Shown: in pieces, positions 19,136-28,934 of the stretch
Numbering within the stretch: position 1 is the first letter of the stretch
How the letters are laid out: each line of letters starts with the position of its first letter
DNA from: an uncultured Clostridia bacterium
Lineage (GTDB): Bacteria; Bacillota; Clostridia; Oscillospirales; CAG-272
Assembly: GCA_944392615.1 (NCBI GenBank)
Contig: CALXXF010000003.1
Span: 12,191 to 76,190 of the forward strand
DNA length: 64,000 nucleotides
Direction: 5' to 3'
Program-made: the position numbers and the translations under genes
The notes under the pieces: generated by a model
Database searches by the model: none
Seen by the model: only the letters and a program-made list of their open reading frames with translations
Told to the model about the DNA's origin: nothing

Positions 19136-19513
19136 ATGGCTACTTACAGACAAAACAGGTTAAATGAAGAGATAACGAGAGCTCTCGGAAACATAATACG
19201 CGATGTTAAAGAGAGGAGCATACGCGACAATGTCGTTACCATAACCGCTGTGTCATGCGCTCCGGACCTTTCCACAGCCCGCGTTTATTTCTCATATATT
19301 GGAAGCGCAGAGCAGAAGGAGATAGAAAAAGGTCTGAAGAACGCAAGCGGATATATGCGGTCTGCGCTTGCAAGGACGCTGAATCTGCGTCAGACGCCGG
19401 AGCTCATATTCAAGTACGATACGTCAATAGCAAAGGGCGCCGAAATTGAAAAAATTCTTAATAAGATAAGAAATGATGAAAAGAGCGGCGGGGATGACGA
19501 AGATGAGCAATAA
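19136..19513 (+). CDS. rbfA: Ribosome-binding factor A
   Basis: RQNRLNEEI, TITAVSCAPDLSTARVY, LNLRQTPELIFKYD. Confidence 0.95.
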   Translation: MATYRQNRLNEEITRALGNIIRDVKERSIRDNVVTITAVSCAPDLSTARVYFSYIGSAEQKEIEKGLKNASGYMRSALARTLNLRQTPELIFKYDTSIAKGAEIEKILNKIRNDEKSGGDDEDEQ

Positions 19514-20477
19514 TATTACTGTTAGCGAAATTGCCGGCAAGCTTTTGAACTGCAGTGATGTGCTGCTCCTTTGTCACACAAATCCCGATGAGGATACGGC
19601 GGGCTCAGCATACGCCCTCTGTCTGGCTCTCGAAAGTGCAGGTAAGAAGGTAAGGATAGCGTGTGATAAAAAGCCGCCGAGAAAGAGCGCAGGTTTTATT
19701 GACGCATCGCGCTTTGAAAATGATTTGCAGGCGGAGGACGGCACCCTTGTCGTAAGCGTCGATGTGGCGTCTGTTGGGATGCTCGGCAGTTTGTGCGATA
19801 GATTTTCCCAGAGAGTGGATATACGTATAGACCACCATGCCGTCAGCGAAGAATTTGCACATTTCAACTACAACCGCCCGGACGCTTCGGCGACCGCACT
19901 CATAGCGTATGAAATAATAACCGAAATGGGTGTTGTCCTTGATGGGGCTATCGCTTCATCGCTTTATGCAGCACTTGCCGCAGATACCGGCGGATTCCGG
20001 TATTCCAATACGACGGCACAGGCTCACAGAGTGGCGGCAGACCTTATAGAGCACGGTGCTGAATATGTTGGAGTTTCAGAAGCTCTTTTTGAAACCAAGA
20101 CACGCAGCAATCTGAGGGCTTACCGCCTTGGAATTGAAAAACTCGATTATCTTTACGGCGGAAGAGCCGCCCTCCTTGTTATAACCAACGACGACAAGCG
20201 GGCAAACTCCCTGACCGACGAGGATCTCGACGCACTTTCATCTCTCACAAGACAGAGCGAGGGTACAGAACTTGGTCTTTTGCTGAAGCAGAGTGATGAG
20301 AATGAACAGAAATTCAAACTTTCGCTGAGAAGCCGCAGCAGCTTTGATTGCGCGGAATTCTGCTCAAGATTCGGCGGCGGAGGTCACGTCAGGGCAGCGG
20401 GTGCTTCAATATATGCCGACAGTCCGGAGCAGGCACGCCGTAAGCTGCTTGCTCTTCTGTCCGAGTACAAGGTATGA
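19503..20477 (+). CDS. nrnA: DHH-family phosphoesterase (NrnA-like nanoRNase/pAp phosphatase)
   Basis: HTNPDED, IDHH, DTGGFRY, SLRS, GGGGHVRAAG; usual position after rbfA. Confidence 0.88.
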   Translation: MSNNITVSEIAGKLLNCSDVLLLCHTNPDEDTAGSAYALCLALESAGKKVRIACDKKPPRKSAGFIDASRFENDLQAEDGTLVVSVDVASVGMLGSLCDRFSQRVDIRIDHHAVSEEFAHFNYNRPDASATALIAYEIITEMGVVLDGAIASSLYAALAADTGGFRYSNTTAQAHRVAADLIEHGAEYVGVSEALFETKTRSNLRAYRLGIEKLDYLYGGRAALLVITNDDKRANSLTDEDLDALSSLTRQSEGTELGLLLKQSDENEQKFKLSLRSRSSFDCAEFCSRFGGGGHVRAAGASIYADSPEQARRKLLALLSEYKV

Positions 20478-20565
20478 GTATCTGTCGGTCCGATGGTCGT
20501 TGTACAGGCAATTGCCGTGGATATTAAAACAGCGTATTTTTTTCTGTCCTGAAAGGAGGAGCGTC

Positions 20566-21480
20566 ATGTCGGTTCAGGAAAAATCAGGGATCCTTCTTGT
20601 TGACAAGCCTTCAGGAATGACGTCGCACGACGTGGTTGCGATTATCCGCAGGATATACAAGACAAGGCAGGTCGGACACACCGGTACTCTTGATCCAATG
20701 GCGACCGGTCTTCTGGTCGTCCTTGTGGGCAGCGCTGTAAAGGCCTCTGAATATCTCATGTCCGATCGCAAAAGCTACAGAGCAGGTTTGCGCCTCGGAA
20801 TAACCACCGATACGGAGGATATAAGCGGAAATATTTTGTCCTCGTCAGATAACCTGCCTTGCTACTCAGATATCGGGAAATGTATAGAATTTTTCAGAGG
20901 ACCTGTTTACCAGATTCCTCCTATGTACAGCGCTCTTAAGGTAGGCGGAAAGAAGCTTGTTGACCTTGCGCGAAAAGGGGTGGAGATAGACAGAGAAAAA
21001 CGCCTGGTTTATATTTACAGGCTTGAGCTTCTTGGAAGAGAAGGGGAGGACTGGCTTCTGGATGTGACCTGCTCAAAGGGAACGTATATCAGGACTCTTT
21101 GCTCTGATATCGGAAAGAGCCTCGGCTGTGGGGGGACAATGAGTTTTCTGCGCCGGACGGGATGCGGATGCTTTTCGGTCGATGACGCCGTTGGCCTTCC
21201 TGAAATAGGCGCTCTTGACGACGATTTGAAAAATCAGCTCATTATACCGCTGGAATCGGCTTTTTCATCACTTCCTGTATTGCGGCTGCCGGCTTTTTAC
21301 GAGAGGCTTGCCAAAAACGGGTGTGAAATATATCAGAAAAAGATTTCATCCTCTTACCCGGTTGGGACAAGACTCAGGGTATATGATGGAAAAGGCTTTT
21401 TTGCTTTGGCAGAGATATGCGAATACCCGGCGGGAAGCGCAGTCAAGCTCATAAAGAGATTTGATTCGGGCAACGGCTGA
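20566..21480 (+). CDS. truB: tRNA pseudouridine(55) synthase
   Basis: DKPSGMTSHDVV, GHTGTLDPMATG, QIPPMYSALKVGG, CSKGTYIRTL; AGGAGG RBS. Confidence 0.95.
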   Translation: MSVQEKSGILLVDKPSGMTSHDVVAIIRRIYKTRQVGHTGTLDPMATGLLVVLVGSAVKASEYLMSDRKSYRAGLRLGITTDTEDISGNILSSSDNLPCYSDIGKCIEFFRGPVYQIPPMYSALKVGGKKLVDLARKGVEIDREKRLVYIYRLELLGREGEDWLLDVTCSKGTYIRTLCSDIGKSLGCGGTMSFLRRTGCGCFSVDDAVGLPEIGALDDDLKNQLIIPLESAFSSLPVLRLPAFYERLAKNGCEIYQKKISSSYPVGTRLRVYDGKGFFALAEICEYPAGSAVKLIKRFDSGNG

Positions 21481-21764
21481 TTATGAATGGATAATACGGC
21501 TCGCGGAATGATCTGCCTGCAATGGCGACAATTTATATATAAAAAAAACCGGACTGATATTTTGAAAAGGTCCGGGATTTTTAAGTGCTGCCGCTGCCAG
21601 ATGGAATACAGGCGGCTTTTATTCATTTTGTCAAAATTTCTACACAAGTGCGAAGTATAAAAATTTTGTTTAATCCATGCCATTCAAGGAGTTTAAGGTT
21701 ACGTGGCCCGGATTTGTGAGGCGGCACAAATGGCACAAGCGATACCGGTGCGCCTTTTGATGAC

Positions 21765-21806
21765 GAAAGCCAGGTCGTGAAAGCCAGGTCGTGAAAGCCA
21801 GGTCGT
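21765..21806. repeat. Tandem repeat, 3 x 14 bp (GAAAGCCAGGTCGT)
   Basis: Three exact head-to-tail copies just downstream of the uvrA stop. Confidence 0.9.
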
Positions 21807-21817
21807 GCGCGAGGACT

Positions 21818-24676
21818 TCAGACTGTGTTACCGCTTTTCTGAAGTGATTTTTCGCGCTCAAACAGCATTTTCAAATACTGCCCCGTATATGAGCTTTCAC
21901 TTTGCGCAACTTCCTCCGGCGTTCCTGTAGCTACTATGCATCCGCCTTTGTCTCCACCCTCAGGCCCCAGATCTATGATATAGTCGGCAGTTTTTATCAG
22001 ATCGAGATTGTGTTCAATTATTACCACTGAGTTACCGGCGTCCACAAGCCTGTCGAGTACATATATGAGTTTTTTCACGTCGTCCGAGTGCAGGCCTGTT
22101 GTAGGCTCGTCGAGTATATACATAGTCCTTCCCGTGCTTCTTTTTGAAAGCTCAGCGGCGAGCTTTACACGCTGTGCTTCGCCTCCGGACATGGTAGTGG
22201 AGGATTGTCCTATTTTTATATATCCGAGTCCGACATCATACATTGTTTTGAGGCGCTTGTAAAGCTTTGGAAGATTTTCAAAAAATTCCATTCCTTCCTC
22301 TATGGTCATTTCCAGAACGTCAGAAATATTTTTCCCTTTGTACTTTACCTCAAGCGTGTCTTTATTGTACCTCTTTCCTTTACATGCGTCGCACGTGACA
22401 AACACATCGGGGAGAAAATGCATTTCTATCCGTTTTACGCCGTCCCCTTCACACTCTTCGCAGCGTCCGCCCTTTACATTGAAAGAAAAACGTCCTGACC
22501 TGTATCCACGCGCGTTCGCATCGGGAGTTGATGCAAACAGCTCGCGTATGTCATTGAAAAGTCCTGTGTAGGTTGCGGGGTTTGACCGGGGTGTCCGTCC
22601 TATCGGGCTCTGGTCGATATTAATGACCTTGTCAAGTGCCTCTGTCCCCTCTATGCGGTCGTGCTTGCCCGGCGATGTATAGGCGTGATTAAGCTTGGAG
22701 GCAAGTGCTTCGTACAATATTCCGTTAACGAGAGAGCTCTTTCCGCTTCCGGAGACCCCGGTTATGCACACCATCATTCCGAGAGGAATCTCAACATCTA
22801 TGTTTTTGAGATTGTTTTCTTTGGCTCCGCGTATGAAAAGACTTTTTCCGTTGCCGTGTCGTCTTACGTCCGGTGTCTCTATACGCAGTCTTCCGCTCAG
22901 ATAGCCGCCTGTGACAGAGTCTTTGTTCTGCATGACCTGCTCCGGGGTCCCGCAAGCCACGACCTTTCCTCCGTGAATCCCTGCGCCGGGTCCTATATCT
23001 ATGATATAGTCTGATGAAAGCATGGTTTCCTCATCGTGCTCTACGACAAGCACGGTGTTGCCGACGTCACGGAGCTTTTTAAGCGTGGCTATCAGCTTGC
23101 TGTTGTCGCGCTGATGGAGACCTATAGACGGCTCGTCAAGTATATATATGACCCCCATGAGAGAAGAGCCTATCTGGGTGGCAAGCCGTATTCTCTGCGC
23201 TTCTCCGCCAGAAAGCGTTCCCGCTCTTCTGGAAAGGGTGAGGTAGTCAAGCCCTACAGACACGAGAAAGCCGAGCCTCGATCTAATTTCCTTCACCACC
23301 TCATGCACTATCTTCTTTTCGCTTTCGGTGAATGTAAGCGAATTTACGAAATCAAGCGCTTCGGTTATCGGCATTGAACAAAATTCATGTATGTTTTTAC
23401 CGCCCACGGTTACAGCAAGTACAGAGGGATTGAGCCTTGCTCCTCCGCATGCGCTGCACGGAATATTTTCGATGAATTCATCATAGTACTCGTCGTGACC
23501 GGTGCTCATACGTTGTTCTATGATACTTATCACGCCGTCGAAACGCACTGTCTGTCTCGAAATGCGCGTATCAAAAACACGGTCTACTGTGTATGTCGTG
23601 CTTCCGCTGCCGTAAAGAAGAACGTTGAGCGCGTTTTCCGTGTAGTCGCGAATTGGCATATCGAGCGTAAAACCGTATTTTTCACCGACAGCTTTGAACA
23701 GTGGCCCGTTCCATGTGTTCTCATCAAGGCTTTTGAACCCGTTGACATGGATGGCGCCCTCTCTGAGAGACAGACTTTTATCCGGTATTATCTTGTCAGG
23801 CGAAATCTTTGGCATTTCGCCCAGACCTGCGCACTCTGGGCAAGCGCCGAACGGGTTGTTGAACGAAAAGTCGCGCGGAGAAAGTTCGCTGAATGATATG
23901 CCATGCTCCTCGCATGCAAAATTCAGTGAAAACGGCATTTCTTTTTCTCCGTCGTCACCCATTGTTATTATCACAAGATTTCCGCCTGACAGTTTTATTG
24001 CCGTCTCAACGGAGTCTGACAGGCGCGGTCTTATGTCGCTCCTCATTATGAGCCTGTCTACGACTATATCTATGTTATGCTTGATATTTTTATCAAGATT
24101 GATATTTTCAGACAGGTCGTACATTATTCCGTCTATCCGGGTTCTGACAAAGCCGCTTTTTTTAGCATCATCGAGCTGCTTCTGGAAGCTGCCTTTTTTT
24201 CCTCGTGCGAGCGGAGCGCAGACCATGAATTTCGTTCCCGCGTCAAGGCACAGTATCCTTTCTATTATTCCCTCTACGGTCTGGCGCCTTATCTCCTTTC
24301 CGCATACGGGGCAGTGTGGAACACCCACTCTTGCATAAAGCAGTCTCAGATAGTCATATATTTCCGTTACGGTTCCGACTGTTGACCGCGGGTTGCGAGA
24401 CGTGGTTTTCTGGTCGATAGAGATTGAAGGCGAAAGTCCTTCAATAAAGTCAACGTCGGGCTTGTCGAGTTGTCCCAAAAATTGCCGTGCATACGACGAA
24501 AGAGACTCAACGAACCTCCGGTGTCCCTCGGCATATATTGTGTCAAAGGCAAGAGAAGACTTTCCGGAGCCGGAAAGTCCGGTCAGCACGACTAATTTAT
24601 CGCGTGGTATTTCAACATCTATATTTTTGAGATTGTTTTCTCTGGCGCCTTTTACTGTAATGTATTTCTGTTCCAA
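21818..24676 (-). CDS. uvrA: Excinuclease ABC subunit A
   Basis: [10 protein letters not shown], two ABC modules ([18 protein letters not shown]), LSGGEAQR, zinc fingers; TTG start at 24676 after GAGGA. Confidence 0.97.
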   Translation of the reverse strand: MEQKYITVKGARENNLKNIDVEIPRDKLVVLTGLSGSGKSSLAFDTIYAEGHRRFVESLSSYARQFLGQLDKPDVDFIEGLSPSISIDQKTTSRNPRSTVGTVTEIYDYLRLLYARVGVPHCPVCGKEIRRQTVEGIIERILCLDAGTKFMVCAPLARGKKGSFQKQLDDAKKSGFVRTRIDGIMYDLSENINLDKNIKHNIDIVVDRLIMRSDIRPRLSDSVETAIKLSGGNLVIITMGDDGEKEMPFSLNFACEEHGISFSELSPRDFSFNNPFGACPECAGLGEMPKISPDKIIPDKSLSLREGAIHVNGFKSLDENTWNGPLFKAVGEKYGFTLDMPIRDYTENALNVLLYGSGSTTYTVDRVFDTRISRQTVRFDGVISIIEQRMSTGHDEYYDEFIENIPCSACGGARLNPSVLAVTVGGKNIHEFCSMPITEALDFVNSLTFTESEKKIVHEVVKEIRSRLGFLVSVGLDYLTLSRRAGTLSGGEAQRIRLATQIGSSLMGVIYILDEPSIGLHQRDNSKLIATLKKLRDVGNTVLVVEHDEETMLSSDYIIDIGPGAGIHGGKVVACGTPEQVMQNKDSVTGGYLSGRLRIETPDVRRHGNGKSLFIRGAKENNLKNIDVEIPLGMMVCITGVSGSGKSSLVNGILYEALASKLNHAYTSPGKHDRIEGTEALDKVINIDQSPIGRTPRSNPATYTGLFNDIRELFASTPDANARGYRSGRFSFNVKGGRCEECEGDGVKRIEMHFLPDVFVTCDACKGKRYNKDTLEVKYKGKNISDVLEMTIEEGMEFFENLPKLYKRLKTMYDVGLGYIKIGQSSTTMSGGEAQRVKLAAELSKRSTGRTMYILDEPTTGLHSDDVKKLIYVLDRLVDAGNSVVIIEHNLDLIKTADYIIDLGPEGGDKGGCIVATGTPEEVAQSESSYTGQYLKMLFEREKSLQKSGNTV

Positions 24677-24734
24677 TTTATTATCCTCTTCCTGAACACT
24701 TATAAACCTTGCTCTTAAAGCTGTGCCCGTTAAT

Positions 24735-26735
24735 TTACGGTTCATTGCTTTCGGTGAGCGTTCTTATCTTGTCCCGCAGATATGCGGCAAGTTCAAAATC
24801 AAGACGCTGTGCGGCATCCCGCATCTGTTTTTCAAGCTCCGGTATTTGCAGAGCGGCGGTCGTATCTGCATGTTCGCGCGCTTTGCCTTTTGTTTTTCCG
24901 CGCTCTTTTGTCCTGGAGTGCGGATCGCTTCCTGTTTTGAAGTCTATCAGTTCGCGCACGCTCTTTTTTATCGTTTTTGGCACTATTCCGTGTTCTGTAT
25001 TGTAGGCGGTCTGGATTTTCCGTCTGCGTTCTGTCTCTTCTATTGCCGCTTCCATGGACGGAGTTACTGTGTCTGCGTACATTATGACGTGTCCGTCTGC
25101 GTTTCGTGCCGCCCTGCCTATCGTCTGTATGAGAGAACGCTCGCTCCTCAGGAAGCCCTCTTTGTCGGCGTCGAGTATTGCGACAAGAGAAACCTCCGGT
25201 ATGTCGAGTCCCTCTCTGAGAAGGTTTATTCCGACAAGGACATCGAAAACGCCGAGGCGCAGGTCGCGTATTATTTCACTGCGCTCAACGGTATCTATCA
25301 TATGATGGATGTACCGTACTTTTATCAGGTTCATCTCAAGATATTCTGTCAGATCCTCAGCCATTTTGGTTGTGAGTGTTGTAACGAGGACACGCTCGTT
25401 TTTCTCGGCGCGGAGTCTTATCTCACCCATAAGGTCGTCTATCTGTCCCTCGGTCTTTCTGACCTCCAAGGACGGGTCAACAAGCCCTGTCGGGCGAATA
25501 AGCTGTTCTGCCACGCAGACAGAATGTTCCTTTTCATATTCCGCTGGAGTAGCTGATACGTATATGACCTGATTTATCTTTTTTTCAAATTCATCGAAAA
25601 AGAGCGGTCTGTTGTCGTATGCAGAGGGAAGACGGAAGCCATAATCTACCAGCGATTTTTTACGCGCCCTGTCTCCACCGCTCATCCCGCGAACCTGTGG
25701 TATTGTTACATGAGATTCGTCGATGAACATTATATAATCCTTCGGAAAAAAATCCAGAAGCGTATAGGGTGTTGAACCGGGTTCTCTCCCGGAAAGTACT
25801 CTTGAGTAGTTTTCAACACCGGGGCAGAAGCCTATTTCACGCAGCATTTCAAGGTCGTATTTCGTGCGTTCCTCTATGCGCTGCGCCTCGATGAGCTTGT
25901 TCTGGGAACGAAAGTATTCGGCGCGTTCTTCAAGCTCCTTTTCTATTTCAGAAAGAGCCGCCTCTCTTTTTTCCGCGGATGTCACATAGTGCGACGCAGG
26001 GAATATTGACGTATATCCGAGCGTGCGTATGAGCTCGCCTGTGACTGTGTTTATTTCGGATATGCGGTCTATTTCATCCCCGAAAAACTCCACACGCACC
26101 GCCTTTGATGCGGAGGACGCCGGTATTATTTCCACAACGTCTCCTCTTACCCTAAATTTGTCTCTTTTGAAGTCAAAATCGTTTCTGTCGAAGTTAAGCG
26201 AAACGAGTCTTGCCGTCAATTCCTCCCGGCTCATTTTCATTCCTACACGCAGTGGAAGAACCATGCTGAGGTATTCTGAGGGATCTCCGAGTGTATATAT
26301 ACAGGAGACGCTGGAAACTATTATTACGTCTCTGCGTTCAAACAGAGCCGATGTCGCACTGTGGCGAAGGCGGTCTATTTCGTCGTTTATGGCAGAATCC
26401 TTTTCGATGTATATGTCCTTGCCGGGTATATATGCTTCAGGCTGGTAATAGTCGTAATACGACACAAAATATTCAACGGCGTTGTCGGGAAAAAATTCCC
26501 TGAACTCTGAGCACAGCTGTGCCGCAAGCGTCTTGTTATGGGCAAGAATAAGGGCAGGGCGATTTACTTCAGCTATTATATTTGCCATGGTAAATGTCTT
26601 GCCGGAACCGGTGACACCGAGGAGTGTCTGTCCTTTAAGACCGCTCTTTATGCCTTCAGACAACACTTCGATTGCCTGTGGCTGGTCTCCTGTTGGCTTA
26701 TATGGCGCTTTGAGTATGAACTTGTCCGTAAGCAT
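24735..26735 (-). CDS. uvrB: Excinuclease ABC subunit B
   Basis: [42 protein letters not shown]-terminal UVR domain. Confidence 0.97.
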   Translation of the reverse strand: MLTDKFILKAPYKPTGDQPQAIEVLSEGIKSGLKGQTLLGVTGSGKTFTMANIIAEVNRPALILAHNKTLAAQLCSEFREFFPDNAVEYFVSYYDYYQPEAYIPGKDIYIEKDSAINDEIDRLRHSATSALFERRDVIIVSSVSCIYTLGDPSEYLSMVLPLRVGMKMSREELTARLVSLNFDRNDFDFKRDKFRVRGDVVEIIPASSASKAVRVEFFGDEIDRISEINTVTGELIRTLGYTSIFPASHYVTSAEKREAALSEIEKELEERAEYFRSQNKLIEAQRIEERTKYDLEMLREIGFCPGVENYSRVLSGREPGSTPYTLLDFFPKDYIMFIDESHVTIPQVRGMSGGDRARKKSLVDYGFRLPSAYDNRPLFFDEFEKKINQVIYVSATPAEYEKEHSVCVAEQLIRPTGLVDPSLEVRKTEGQIDDLMGEIRLRAEKNERVLVTTLTTKMAEDLTEYLEMNLIKVRYIHHMIDTVERSEIIRDLRLGVFDVLVGINLLREGLDIPEVSLVAILDADKEGFLRSERSLIQTIGRAARNADGHVIMYADTVTPSMEAAIEETERRRKIQTAYNTEHGIVPKTIKKSVRELIDFKTGSDPHSRTKERGKTKGKAREHADTTAALQIPELEKQMRDAAQRLDFELAAYLRDKIRTLTESNEP

Positions 26736-26915
26736 ATCACCTCCGTTATCATGTAAACCTTACCGGTATACGCGCATACATCCTGTCATTGTGCATAGGT
26801 GCGGATATATGCCTTGCGCTGTACATACCGTGCGATGTAAGAAGCATTAGTATTTTTTTACCGCATTCCGAAAGGAAGACAGGCGATTTTTGTTCAGATG
26901 TCAGCCGCTCCTGAT

Positions 26916-26934
26916 ATTATAGCACAAATGTTCG
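26916..26934 (-). promoter_or_regulatory. Extended -10 promoter overlapped by a probable LexA (SOS) box upstream of uvrB
   Basis: Minus strand CGAACATTTGTGCTATAAT: GAAC-N4-GTGC (one mismatch to GAAC-N4-GTTC) abutting TGnTATAAT. Confidence 0.65.
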
Positions 26935-27012
26935 CCGAATAAAAGACGCACGGACAATATTTTTGCAACTTTCTTCAGCAAGCAAAAATATTATCCGTGT
27001 CATAAACTAATT

Positions 27013-27684
27013 CTATTCTTCTGCGGCTTCAGAGGCGTCGAAAAAAGCATCGGGCACTGCGCCTACGTTCAGCGATTGCGCAAGTATCTGTGTGCTGTTC
27101 ACCTTTATGTCGTTTCTCTGTCCCCGGCAGTATACAAATATCTGTATCTCTATGTCAACTGATATTGTGTGCAGAGTCTGATTTATTCCTGCAGAAATCA
27201 CGCCTGACGTTGTTTCTGCCTTTACGGATGAATACATTACCGTGTTCACGCTTATATCAAATCCACGCCCGGACAGATAACGCGGGGATATCACATCTCC
27301 CAGAGGTACGTCGATCTTCATGGCGTTGTTTCGCGATAAAGACGCATTTATTTCCTTTACGATTTCAGCTTTTACCTTTGCAAGATTGACGCTGTTGACA
27401 AATACGGAATTGACCGTCCCGTCTTTGTCTCTGTTTATAAGTGTGAAACTTGAGTAGTCGTAGTTTCCTCCGCTTATCACGTTGCTCACTGATTCGGCAA
27501 TTATTGTCTCTATTTTTCCCTGTGCAACTGTTTTGGCATTTTCAAGAGCTATAGGAGCTGCGAGGTCATATAATCTTACAGCACAGCATATAAAAATGAC
27601 ACACAGTACCAGCACAAGAATTACAGCGGCTTTTCTGTAAGTCTTTTTTCTGAAACGACGTGAAAAAGCTCGTCGCAGATTCAT
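27013..27684 (-). CDS. yunB: Sporulation protein YunB
   Basis: Basic N-terminus plus TM, VPLG, SAGINQTLHTI, VGAVPD C-terminus. Confidence 0.8.
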   Translation of the reverse strand: MNLRRAFSRRFRKKTYRKAAVILVLVLCVIFICCAVRLYDLAAPIALENAKTVAQGKIETIIAESVSNVISGGNYDYSSFTLINRDKDGTVNSVFVNSVNLAKVKAEIVKEINASLSRNNAMKIDVPLGDVISPRYLSGRGFDISVNTVMYSSVKAETTSGVISAGINQTLHTISVDIEIQIFVYCRGQRNDIKVNSTQILAQSLNVGAVPDAFFDASEAAEE

Positions 27685-28018
27685 TCAGAACCTCTCCCTT
27701 CATACTGTACTTATATGGATATGAGAAAGGCCAGGTATTTATGAGAAAAGGCTACTGAGTAAAAATTTACAAAAGCGTCACCAAAGCGTCATTGAATAAA
27801 GCTCATGTATATGATAAAATCCACTTCAGTTGTCCTGGCTGCGGGCAGGGGATTCGGGCAGGGGATTCATTATATGGATTTACGCTGTCTTATGCACAGT
27901 ACTCTTTGCAGAAGCGTCCGGGGTGCGGGCAAGGACATTTAAGGACTTTTCATGCCGGAAAAAGGCACATTTAAAAACTATTTTCATTTCGGCAGTTGCC
28001 GGGAAAGAGCGCAAAGAC

Positions 28019-28777
28019 GTGAAAATATCGGTTGTCATACCAATGTATAATGAGCACAGTATAGTTTGTGATACAATAAAGAGTCTTGACGCACAGCTCA
28101 GGTCAGATTTTGGCGCCGGAGAGTATGAAATGATATTTGTTGATGACGGAAGCACGGACGGGTGCAGGGATTCAGCCCTCTTGCTTGCCTCAGAATATCC
28201 TGCACTGCGTGTGCTCGGATATTCTCCCAACAGGGGCAAGGGCTATGCCGTGCGCTGCGGAATGCTTTCCGGCAGAGGGGACTTCATACTTTTTACAGAT
28301 TGCGACCTCGCTTACGGTACGGCTGTCATAAAAGAATTTTATGACAGATTTTCAAACGGCGCCGGCGATGTGATAATCGGTTCAAGAGCCATACATGATT
28401 CAGGTTACGAAGGGTACACCTTTAAAAGAAAGGTAATGTCAAAGGCGTATATGAAGTATCTGAGTGTTGTCGCGGGCTTTGATCATACCGATTCTCAGTG
28501 CGGAATAAAGGGATTTTCAAAGGACGCCGCTTTTGGTATTTTTTCAGTTTGTACCTGTGAAAGGTGGGCTTTTGATCTTGAAGCGCTCCTTTTTGCAAAG
28601 GATTTCGGCTTTAATGTGAGCGAGGTCCCTGTCAGAATTATTAATCACAGGGACTCTAAGATAAATCCGGTAAAGGACGCCATAAGAATGACCAAAGAAG
28701 TCAGGCGCATAAAGAAGGAACGCAAAAACAGGCTGAAAAACGAAAGAAATAAAAAAGGTAGCAGGGTAAATAGATAA
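28019..28777 (+). CDS. GT2 glycosyltransferase (polyprenyl-phosphate glycosyltransferase, DPG-synthase-like)
   Basis: ISVVIPMYNE, VDDGSTD, NRGKGYAVR, FTDCDL, GSR, DSQCGIKGF, WAFDLE; promoter TTGAAT-17-TAAAAT at 27792-27820. Confidence 0.85.
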   Translation: MKISVVIPMYNEHSIVCDTIKSLDAQLRSDFGAGEYEMIFVDDGSTDGCRDSALLLASEYPALRVLGYSPNRGKGYAVRCGMLSGRGDFILFTDCDLAYGTAVIKEFYDRFSNGAGDVIIGSRAIHDSGYEGYTFKRKVMSKAYMKYLSVVAGFDHTDSQCGIKGFSKDAAFGIFSVCTCERWAFDLEALLFAKDFGFNVSEVPVRIINHRDSKINPVKDAIRMTKEVRRIKKERKNRLKNERNKKGSRVNR

Positions 28778-28780
28778 GCA

Positions 28781-28826
28781 CATAAAAACAAAAACGAACG
28801 ACTTGTCGTTCGTTTTTGTTTTTATG
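28781..28826. terminator. Bidirectional terminator, perfect 22-bp inverted repeat
   Basis: CATAAAAACAAAAACGAACGAC-tt-GTCGTTCGTTTTTGTTTTTATG between convergent genes. Confidence 0.85.
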
Positions 28827-28934
28827 CATATACGTTATCCTATCATCCGAGTCTCTTTGCAGCCCGGCAGTTTTTTCCTTAAGCTTAAGCTCATCCTTAA
28901 GCTCATAGAACAGAAAGAATTTGCTTTTAATGGG

